A stretch of 63,220 nt of DNA, filler included, from Phoronis australis (taxonomy: Eukaryota > Animalia > Phoronida): NCBI GenBank assembly GCA_002633005.1. It is 5 parts of 5 records of this genome, joined end to end, with 100 filler letters (N's around TTAATTAATTAA, not from the genome) between each part and the next. Parts side by side here need not be neighbours in the genome. Positions count along the whole stretch, not along the records: positions 49,523 to 60,779 come from NMRA01001480.1; positions 60,880 to 63,220 come from NMRA01003728.1; 3 more parts are not named here. One strand, written 5' to 3'. The translations under genes and the position numbers were made by a program. Every line of letters starts with the position of its first letter. Position 1 is the first letter of the stretch. A model generated the notes under the pieces. It saw only the letters and a list, made by a program, of their open reading frames with translations. It searched no databases and was not told where the DNA came from. Positions 53,480 to 63,220 of this stretch are shown piece by piece.

Positions 53480-56374
53480 GTGAGTCTAAGACTAGTTTCC
53501 TGAGCAAGTGGTTCTAAAAGTGCATACTACTTTAATGAATAATTAGGACGTCTTCTATACCTGCATTCTGTGTTTATATTCAAATTATTAGTAATAAATG
53601 TGTGATATAATGCATACCGCAAGTAAATGTAGCGAGGAAACAGTTTTAATAGTGCAAAGCATTACTGTCTTCCAACAAGTACATCCTTGATCCAGTGCTA
53701 AGTCATCGCTCCATCACCAGACTGTTGCTTCTAACATATCTAAAAAAGGTAATTTTTTGCTCACGAGTGCTAAATAGAAATAGTTGAGAATAGTTAGGTC
53801 AACTCTGAACGTCGGTAACTGTCCCGCAAAATATTTGAAATATACACGTTATCTTTTGGAAGGATTTTCTATTATATCCCTTATCAATGTCTTCAAATTA
53901 TAACCCTGTCACTTTTATGGACATGTTGCAATAACGCTACTGTTGAACGAAACAATGCACCTGGGCCCAGTTGCATAAAAGTTATACGCCGTATAGCAAC
54001 AATGGCGTCGCATTATCACGCGTCACGTTGTTATTGTTGAACAATGCACATGACGTCATGCAACAATCAAACTTATCCAGCGGATATCTTTTGAAGCTTT
54101 ATGCAACTCAGCCCTGAAGTATTATTTTTTACTGGAATCAATGTGACAAATATTAGAGGCACACAGTTACCTCATGCTACAGATGTATGTACCACTAAGA
54201 TAACCAAAAACACATGTAGTGCCCTACTAAGTTGATTGTCATTTTCAGATCGCACCGTAGTGCCATTGTCACTCAATTCCTCGGAGACTGGAATTCTGTT
54301 CATATCGAAGAACTTCACATTTTTCTCGTGTAAAGCTTTAACGACGTAAGTATTCCGTTTGGTACGTAAAATCTTTGACTTATTACAAGCTTTAGTGCTT
54401 TGTGTTCTCCAAGTATCTTCCCAGTCACGCGAAGCGAGGACATTGGGCGGGATGAAGGAAGCGGATCAACAAGACGGGTGTGTCACTGTTTGCCTCCACC
54501 GTGGATGCCAACAATTCTATAAACACCATTGTAACTGGAATCGCAGACATATTTAGCAAGATCATTGGTGTATTTTTAATTTCCCACAATCACTACAGAT
54601 AGCCTCCGTGTACTCAGATTCACGGAAAATTTTGAATTAATAAATCACTTGAAAATGTAATTTTTTACTCTGTTTAGGTGCACAGATTGTACAACGAGAG
54701 TATGGGGATGTCAGTGGTGCGTGTATGACCACAAGTGCGTGCACCCGTCTGATAACGCCACCTGTAAGCCGGGAAATGTCACCTCGACATCCTTATGTCC
54801 CCGCATCGATCCCTACACAACACCCATATTGCTTCCGAGCGGACACAAGAAGGAGTTTATATTGAAGACCAATGAGCTACCGACGCCTAGGGTAAGGCAA
54901 CAAAAACCAAATTTCAACTGCTCGTCTTCTATGTCGTGACGTGACGATTCAATATTACTAAAAAAATCTATGAAAATTGGAGGGAAAGTATCAGGTTTCA
55001 GTGAAAACGTTTCAAACAGGAATAATACAAAATTTCGAAGCATATTCCGTAATTCACGTTCACGTGCTCTAAAATGGTGGTAAATGCATTAAAAACATTT
55101 TCTATGAAATCTCAAGCTACAAATTTTAGCATGTGTTCGCGGTATTTGTTAATCTCATTAAAAACCTTATAAAATGCTTTTGGATTCAAAGCACGATTTT
55201 CATTGTACGTTGGTTGGTTTTGGGCTCGTGTTCTAATCTCTCTACTAGAAATCGAAAATATTTTTGACATTTTACGTTCTCCTTTACTAATTAATAGTGT
55301 CCATGGTGTATTACCGATTAGGCAAGCGAGTGTGAAGACCAAATTTGTTTTTCGTGAAGATTCGAGCCACAAGCTCGAGTAAAATCTTCAGATTTCGACT
55401 TCACTTATAACTTGTTGGGGTCGTGTAACAATTGTAAAATGAGATAGCAGAGTGGCCCACGTAAACCATAAAAGTACTCGAGCACAGAATAACATACACT
55501 TATTTAAAGTTCATACTAAAGAAGAACGGAAAATGTTAAAAATAAATTTGATACTGATTTCAAGTAAAAAGACCCAGGTATTTTATGTCATTGTGTAGTC
55601 TATGATTTCATTACTTTTTACTTTTGCAAAGTCTTAGGCCGAATGTCATTACAGCTTGGACGTGAATATTCTTGCAAATACCTTCTCAATTTTGTAGGAC
55701 GGTCAATCTGGTTATGAGTGCAAGGTGAAGGTGGATGACCGCATCTTTACAACGAGCGCCTCTATTGAAGGTGACCGTGTCACATGCCTTGGAAATACAG
55801 AGGTGTTTATTAGATATGCTCGTGACTTTAAAGAGGACAAGACGAACATTCAGGGTGACTCAAAAAGCAAACTCGACAATGCTGCATCTAGCTCTAAATT
55901 CTAATTCTTTTGGAAAAAAAATTATAAATCAACTAAAACCGATTCCTATGGTTGGTAATAAAGGATATCGTGCGCTGAAGTTTAAGTCTTTTCCATTGGA
56001 AACAATGGCTCTACATGTATGTGTTATTAATTCAAATCTCATTGTTACGTTTTTGTGTCCCCTTGTACAGAATTTTGGCAGCAATAATTTTAACGCTGTT
56101 TCTTTAAAGGTGGGCGACGAAATATAAAAATACCTCGACATTGCATCAGTTTTCAAAACAACCGACGACCTACAATACTTTTTGGTCTTTTCTCGAACTA
56201 GTTTATTTCATTTTTTATAATTTCAAAGCTGGTGCCCTTAGTGTCTTAAAAAATCTACTTTTATTCTGATTTCTTTTCAGTACTACTACACGGACATTGA
56301 GCAGACGAAACAAGTGAACATCTCACTTATATGGAATGGAGGCTTTGAGATTGACAATCCAACTCATGTTTCTG
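53341..56374 (+). CDS. Plexin (plexin-A-like), internal fragment TIG-PSI-TIG; join(53341..53479,54249..54345,54678..54891,55698..55802,56281..56374)
   Basis: In-frame spliced LSLTIPHLPQDNMFTCVFGN..VQCMTP..VPLSLNSSETGILFISKNFTFFSC..TCTDCTTRVWGCQWCVYDHKC..CPRI..ILLPSG..LPTP..GQSGYEC..VTC..YYY..ISLIWNGGFEIDNP. PSI pattern CxxCxxxxxxCxWCxxxxxC is present and all exon phases match. Confidence 0.9.
53964..54113. mobile_element. 150-bp MITE with 3-bp CTG TSD (Harbinger-like)
   Basis: CTG|ggcccagttgcataaa ... tttatgcaactcagcc|CTG. Confidence 0.7.
54249..54345 (+). CDS. Plexin exon (TIG1 end)
   Basis: ttttcag| ... AC|gtaag. Confidence 0.87.
54678..54891 (+). CDS. Plexin exon (PSI domain)
   Basis: gtttag|G TGC ACA GAT TGT ... 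AGG|gtaagg. Confidence 0.9.
55698..55802 (+). CDS. Plexin exon (TIG2)
   Basis: ttgtag|GAC GGT CAA ... GAG|gtgttt. Confidence 0.87.
56281..56374 (+). CDS. Plexin exon (TIG2 end)
   Basis: ttttcag|TAC TAC TAC ... G|gttagt. Confidence 0.87.
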
Positions 56375-56390
56375 GTTAGTATTTTGCAGA

Positions 56391-56458
56391 CATGGGTAGC
56401 GCAGTACTGAAAACGTGGGGGCTGTAGCCCCCTAGGCCCCTGTGGTGCGCCGCCCATG
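56391..56458. mobile_element. 68-bp MITE (CATGGGCGGCGCA-type TIR)
   Basis: catgggtagcgca...tgcgccgcccatg; flanks gcaga/acaga. Confidence 0.65.
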
Positions 56459-56814
56459 ACAGAGATCTGAAATTAATCTTGCTTGTGTAGACATACTTTC
56501 GAGTTTTCAGCATGATACGGTCAGTTTCTCAAGTAAAATACAATTTTTGTCAAGTTGTTAATATAATTCACTAGCCTAAATATATCAATTTTTAAAAATG
56601 CCGTGAAGTTCCAATTTGAAAGACTAATTACTTTCGTAAACTTGGTCTCAGTTTCTGGTCTTGACAATAATGGGAATGATTTTTGAAAACCTGAATATGA
56701 TTAGATTGACCTTTACCCTATTAACCAATTTGGAGGACCGGTGGTTGACGTTAGTATTGTCTTTTCTTTTTATTCTATTTTCGGGTGGAAAAATTAAGGT
56801 CATCTCAAACCTTA

Positions 56815-59285
56815 TTTAGTGGCCTTCATTCTAACTCGTATATCAAAAACAGACTTTGTGAACTAGTAAAAGTATACATTTTATGAACGAAAAATGATCA
56901 GGGAATATGAAAATGTTTTATATTTGTGTACTATCATTATCAAAACACTTTTTAAGTCAAAATTTCATTTTAAGAAAGGTACATTCATAGCAAAATAACT
57001 CTTCAGTCGATTTTAATGGAACCTTTTCTAAATGAAAATTTTACCAGTTACGTCGAAAACGTTGTTAAGAATTTTCAATCAGTCTCCTCGTTTGGTTCTA
57101 TGGCAAATCAACTCCAAAAACGTAAGGTAAATTTTGTAGATAATAGAAGTCGGATTCGTCTTTGTTACATTACGCCAAAAAACTAGGCCTTTTTATCTAA
57201 AGTCGTAAAGCGTTTTATGACATTGATGAATAAATATTAAGTTTGGAAAATTTCATCGAAATCCACCCAGACGTTTTCGAGGACTCGTGTTCCTAAATTC
57301 AAATTAAATCAGTTTGATGAAGCCGAGAAAAAGCCGATTAAACTGGGACGAGTGAAAATCTCAAGGTCTTCTGTTAATTATTCGGCGAAAGCTTGTTTTC
57401 AGTCGATATAACCCATACATGCCTTAACCATGTTGGCTATTTCAACATTCACTCGCAATATCATCTGAATAGCTCACTTGCGAGTTTCTCGTTAGTCAAT
57501 GTGACGTCACCGGAAGAGGGGCAGAACCCGCCATATTGCTCTTGTTTTGCCCCGAGTCTTTGGTACACACGCTAAATATTACTGGAGTCCTTCATGGGCG
57601 GCGCAGCACTGAAGAAAGTGGGGGGCTAAAGCCCCTTTAGCCCCCCTGAGGTGCACCACCTACAGTATAGACCATGTGCGGCGTAGCACTGAAAAAAGTC
57701 CCCAGCCTCCTATGGTGCGCCGCCCATGTTCTTATGCTGAATTTTGCGCTTAAAACGTTAACACAACTTAAGAGATGGTAGATGGATCGTGGAATAATTG
57801 TGAATGGACGAAGAAAATGTGAACTTGTTATGTTGTGCGAAGGTGTGAACGGACTGAAATTGGAACTAAACCCCGTCTAGGCCTGAATACCGCAGGCATA
57901 CAGGTGCGATATTGTATCCCCATCAAAAGTTACTCACTTCAAAATACAGCAAATAAAATCAAATGAAACATGCATATCTAAACATGGAGTTATGATTAAC
58001 ACATGCCCTGACTCTGGATACAATTTAGTGTACAACTAACTTGACCATGTCCATGAAAACCTCGAGTTTCTCTAACTGGGCGCCATTTTGAGGAAGTTAG
58101 AATACGTGAAATCACGCCTGTTGACGAACAAAAAGTCCAAGGGACACAAATCAGTCGATATTTTCTCTTTTTGCAAGTATTACGCGCCAGGTCACGCGCC
58201 AGGTCTCGCGCTTCGCTCAGTCTCGCGCTAACCTTTGCCTCATACTCACCTGACTTAGTTGAAATACTTTGTGGTTATAGCGCGCGCGGTCAAAGTTAAC
58301 AGTAACCACAAAGTGGAGTTGGAAATCTTCGCCGACGTCACCTGAATTCCTGTAGCTATGCTTCATCGAAGATATGTTCAAAAGCAGAAAGGATCACTGA
58401 AGAAAGTAAGCGCAGTTTTAGGTGATATTTTTGACGAGGTGAAAACTTATCAGTGAGCGGATTTCGCCTACCGACCGTTTAAAATACACGGGACGAACTT
58501 AGCACAGAACGCGATAGAACGTATTGTAGTGCGAATCTGAATTTCATTTGCCATAACAGCAATGCTTGTTTGGCATGCTTCGAACTAAAACTCGAAGAAA
58601 ATAACACAATACACTCTGCTACCATATTGGGCAAATGGCTAAACGACAAGTTTTTGCTCCACTTCCCGTGACGTCACAGTTAAGTCTCACATAATCTCGC
58701 GTTATTGTTATAAACTCGCTAAAGGACTATTTGCAGTGTGAAATTAACGTATTTCTGAAACACTAATTCTTTCTAGCGTCCCCAACCAAGAGGCATGACC
58801 TACTTAAAAGTAGGTCAACAGTTCATTGTATACCAATGAGATGTGCAAACACCACGCGCTGGCTGACTGATACGAAGTTAGAAATGATAACAGATATCGA
58901 GTCTGTGGTTAAAGCACGTCGTTAGCATGAGACCAAAATAACACAATGTCAAATTAACTCGGGAGAGGATTTATTTCTTTTCACAACTACCCGTGTTCGT
59001 GACCACTGTGTCATAGAGGTGTGAGGCTTGCGTTCTGAACGGTCTTATAGGCCTATACATGTTGACGAACAACTCCTTCAGCATTAAAACTGCGTTTTGA
59101 CTTTGTTTTCCCCGACACTTTTCTATCCTATGTACACCTCGTTGACTCAAAATTATGGCCACTCAGTGAATGAAAGGACTGAGGGTACATACGCAGCTAC
59201 TGTGAACCTGGCGGTAGATTCACGATTTGAGTGACATCCCTGTATCCTGTGACCCCGGATAAGCACTAAACGAATGTCCACACGG
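56815..59285. repeat. Dispersed long repeat, copy B (interrupted by insertions ~57460-58790)
   Basis: Colinear with 43850-45290. Confidence 0.7.
57593..57728. mobile_element. Head-to-tail dimer of the CATGGGCGGCGCA MITE
   Basis: catgggcggcgcagcactg...ggtgcaccacc..catgtgcggcgtagcactg...ggtgcgccgcccatg; flanks tcctt/ttctt. Confidence 0.65.
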
Positions 59286-59299
59286 TAGTGTAGATCTAA

Positions 59300-60220
59300 G
59301 GTGGTTCTGGTAAATCTTTTTTCTCGATACACGGTAAATATTTCGACTTGTTGTTATCGTCCTGTTTTCGGATGGATTCGATGCATTTTGCGCCATGTTG
59401 TAGCCATTTTTACTGTTTTCGAGTCTGTTTTTGGCGTCCGTTCCTCTGTAAACCAAACACCACTAAGGATGATTGTGAAAATTGGCATGTATTTTCTTTC
59501 TATAAAGAGGACTGTTGACGATGATTTTCCGACGACTTTGACAACTGTGGCGCCTCCTAGTGGCAGTTTTTTATTTTGCGCCCATACCTGTATCTCCTAA
59601 GCCGTCTGCAGGATCTTTATTAAATTTAGCATGTGCATTTATATTGAGTTAACAACGGAAGACGCATTTCAGACGGATCCGATGAACATTTTGCCCCCTA
59701 GTGGCAATTTTATTTTTTCCGTTTTCCCCTGTTTCTCTGGAATTCCTCGACGAATGTTAATGAGATTTGGTAAATAGCTTTCTTTACAAGAAACGATGCC
59801 ATTTCCCGGTTTGCAGACGGATTCGACGTATTTTGCTCCATATAGTGTCCAATTTTACCGTTTTCTAGTTTGTTTTTGGCGTACGCCCTGTCAACCAAAC
59901 GACTCTTAGGATGATTGTGAAAACTGGCTTATATGTTCTTAGAGTGAAGAGTACTGTTGACGATAATTTTCCGACTTCAATTAGTGTGGCGCCTGCTTGT
60001 GAGAATTTTTTTGCGCTCTCAGCTTATGTCCCAAGCCCTCTGCAGGGTCTTTATTAAATTTAGCAAGTGTTTTTATATGAAGTTGACAACGGGAGACGAC
60101 AAACTTTCAGACGTATCCGACGAATGTTCTGCCCCCTAGTGGCAATTTCGTTTTTTCCGTTTTCCTCTGTTTTTTTAAAGTTCCTTGACGGATTTTCATG
60201 AAATATGGTAAACAGCATTG
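59300..60220. repeat. ~438-bp tandem repeat (about 2 copies, ~146-bp subunits) with CCTAGTGG motifs
   Basis: gccccctagtggcaattt at 59693 and 60131; ggatgattgtgaaa at ~59468 and ~59909; ctttattaaatttagc twice. Confidence 0.8.
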
Positions 60221-60779
60221 CTCTTGTTACGAATTAAATTGGTCTAAATTAAGTATCAGTCCACGGATCCACCGACCACAGTACAGCCAACAAGCGGCAA
60301 GGTGGGGGGTCAACCATTCAGATCCGTGTTTAGTCTGATAAATCACATTAGGGATGAGAGAAAATGGGTGACGTATGACACCACAAAGTTTGGTGGTTTA
60401 GGAGATACAAGGGAAGTGTTCTGGGGGGGCAAAATGAGGCAATTTCTGGGTGTGGAATGAGTCATTTTTGACCAAATTTTCTACTCCAGTTTCTGCTTCA
60501 AACAGAATCGTTTCTGAACAATTTTGATATCACATGATAGGTTCATGATCAATGTCAATAAAAACGGCACCGACACTGCAATATCGGTTACCATGGTAAC
60601 ACTGGAACTGTTTCCGTGGAGGTACGTTTCCGTCTTGTGAAAAACCAGCAGTAAGCTGTACCCTTATAGCGAAGCTGCCCCCACGAGAAAACTAAAAATA
60701 ATAACATGAACATGTAGAAGACTCCATGCCCTTGAAATTAATACAATAAAAACTTTGTCAGCCCTTCAGGCAGGCTTGG

Positions 60780-60879
60780 NNNNNNNNNNNNNNNNNNNNN
60801 NNNNNNNNNNNNNNNNNNNNNNNTTAATTAATTAANNNNNNNNNNNNNNNNNNNNNNNNNNNNNNNNNNNNNNNNNNNN
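60780..60879. other. Artificial contig spacer N44-TTAATTAATTAA-N44
   Basis: Same 100-bp structure. Confidence 0.95.
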
Positions 60880-61199
60880 CAAAAATGACACAACGTAAAA
60901 CTTAAGAATTTTGCCTTTTTTCTTGGATAATACTTCAGGAATCAAGTAAAGTGCTTGATTAAATTTGAACATATAATAATGCCACATATACTTTTATTTT
61001 CAATAAATAATTACATTTTTGAAGAATAGATAGACCGCAAAAAAGTCACCCTTCAGAGCGACAATCCTGAAGATCGTATTCCTCTTCATTCGGGAGTCGC
61101 CGCTGGGAGCTGAAAATTCATAAGAATTTCCTTTGGAATTCCCCCTAAATAAATACCAGGCCTTTAAAACTGCTGTGTAGTGTAGAAAATATGTGGCCA

Positions 61200-61830
61200 A
61201 TCATTTACTTTTTAGCTTTTGCGCTTATCTGTATGACTTGCATCCGCCGACGAACGCGGTGCTTCCAGCTGTACATGGGTAAATGCCGGCAAAAATCACA
61301 CGTCATCCCTTGTTCACTGTCTCGCAGGCCAGGAAACCTAATTTCCCATGACGGAACCCATCCCCGCACTCTTTTCATTTCATATTGTTGCTTTGATTCT
61401 TCCTGAACTCGTTTTTTAGCAACTAAACTAATGCCATCTAGGCCTGAATGGCTTCCATGTTTGGATGTTTTGCCAGAGTGCAGACGATCAGTAGTATCAC
61501 GTGACAACTTATTCAGAAACTACAGGGGACGTTCAGAGAATCGAAAGGATTTGACCACGGGCGTCATCTGTGCACGCTGCATCACACTCGTTCTATTTTC
61601 CTTTCGGTGCTCATTCGAAGACGGGAGTTTCTTTGACGGCCACAGGGGCTTTTTCGACGGTTTTTAGGCTTGTGTCGGGGTTCATTACTTTGGAGCAAAT
61701 GTCGAATCTTAGGATTTACTTGCCTATGCGGCCAGCTTTTTAACTTGCCCATCGGGCAAGTACTTTTCAAATTCCACTTGCCCGACGCAAAATCTACATG
61801 TACATGGGCAACCGTTAGTGTTGAGCCCTG
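61200..61830 (-). mobile_element. hAT transposon 5' end with a ZNF862/TTF-type zinc-finger transposase remnant
   Basis: Terminus CAGGGCTCAACACTAAC at 61830 (-), with acttgcc(c) subterminal repeats. ORF 61205-61507 contains KRVRGWVPSWEIRFPGLRDSEQGMTCDFCR (W...F.WL....GM.C..C pattern). Confidence 0.65.
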
Positions 61831-62416
61831 TGTACTGCTTTTCACTCAGATTTTCAAGAAATATACAAACTTGGTCGCCAAGGTAACCCCTCACACTTGG
61901 ACTGAAGTTAATAATCATGTAAACATAACAATAAAATTGTGAGAAAGAACAAATGGAGTAACTGAACACAAATCTAGCTTTCTACCTGTCTTAATGTCAT
62001 CTATACAGTCCTCACAAAGGTCATCCTTGTTAAACTCTCCCACTTTACCTATGTTCAACAAAGTTAATTTACATTTCTGTCAACTTTCAAGAGCAAAGTT
62101 GCCACATTGTCACAGCATATGCGTGATATTCACTCAACCAGACTTAAAATTCTGGTGAGCACCGCAAACGAAGGCATACGATCAATATTTGACAACATTA
62201 AGACAAATGTATGGAGCTGCTGCATAGCGTCTGGGCGGTTTGGCATTATTACCAACACACCAAGTTGTGAAAAAGATAAACCATAACCAAATTCAGTTTC
62301 ACTGGTAATCTGACATTTTTTTTCTTTCAATCTCAGATTTGCGGTTTGCACGGCTCGTCAGTCTCACAAATTTGGACCCCCAATTTTCAAATCCTAGATG
62401 AGTCCCTGCTTGGATG

Positions 62417-62531
62417 GCTCGAGGTCAAGGACGGTACGGAAATTACCGATGAATTACGGATGGACGGCGTTATCGACATCGTGATTTTACGCGACAAACT
62501 GGCAATTTCCGTACCGTCCTTGACCTTGAGC
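62417..62531. mobile_element. ~110-bp foldback/MITE with a 23-bp perfect inverted repeat
   Basis: aggtcaaggacggtacggaaatt (62422-62444) / aatttccgtaccgtccttgacct (62504-62526). Confidence 0.75.
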
Positions 62532-63220
62532 TGTCCAAGATGGAAGTGTGTTTGGGCTTTTTGTGAACATTTTTGTTCTTTGACTGCGAATTTCTTACGA
62601 AGTCGCCGGAAGAGGACACCGTGAATGGTATTGGAAGAAAAAACAATTGCCAAAGGTTTGTTGAAACCTTGTTTTGTGTAAATTTATTGAGTTTTATGTT
62701 AGCTATGGAGGGCTTAAGTGAAGCACCCGTGGAATTTCTAGTCGGGAGTGCAATACCTTGTAGTATTATGGAGTGGGACGATCAGAAGCTGAGCTGAGGA
62801 CGCCTGTGGTTCAACTCAGTTTTAGAAAAAAAAATCACTGTGTGTGCGGGGAGGGGTTGCTGGTGAATGGTGGTGGGAAGTGGAGGTAATGCGTCATTGA
62901 AATCATGGACTCTCTGGAATATTGGGGAACCCCATTTTGCACACCCTATTTTCGGAATACTGGATAAAACCCTGAACCACTATTCAGCGATTATAACCAC
63001 AATAGCACAAGACGCCTTCAACGAAAAATGCACGACACTGTTGTTTTAGAAGAAATAATTACTGCGAGACAGCTAACACGAATCAGCCATATTTGTTGCA
63101 ATACAAAAATCGGAGGTCAATAAATGAACATTTTTCGAAAACATAGACATTTTCTTCAAAAATTCTGAATACTCACTTGTACTGTAATAGGTTGGGAGTG
63201 CTTTTGCAGACTTTTGGATT

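Overview
Eukaryotic (metazoan, invertebrate-like) draft-genome window with GT-AG introns. Four identical 100-bp artificial spacers (N44-TTAATTAATTAA-N44) split it into five contigs whose adjacency is not established. Contig 1 (1-20702) holds a complete 3-exon Elongin C gene (+). It lies tail-to-tail with a mitochondrial trifunctional enzyme alpha subunit gene (HADHA, -), of which 17 exons are present and the 5' exons are cut off by the spacer. Contig 2 (20803-47200) holds a Penelope GIY-YIG remnant with a hammerhead-like core, a single-exon Toll-like receptor pseudogene (3 stops, 2 frameshifts) and a ~5.6-kb TIR element with a nested MITE. Contig 3 holds one orphan exon. Contig 4 holds five internal plexin exons (TIG-PSI-TIG), a decayed THAP domain, and a ~438-bp tandem repeat carrying CTCF-like motifs. 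Contig 5 holds a hAT/ZNF862-like transposase remnant. I found no clearly new multi-gene system. The best leads are the intragenic duplication creating a stop-coupled alternative acceptor in HADHA, the Penelope hammerhead, the CTCF-motif-bearing repeat, and the TLR pseudogene. All calls come from reading the sequence by eye; no database searches were run.
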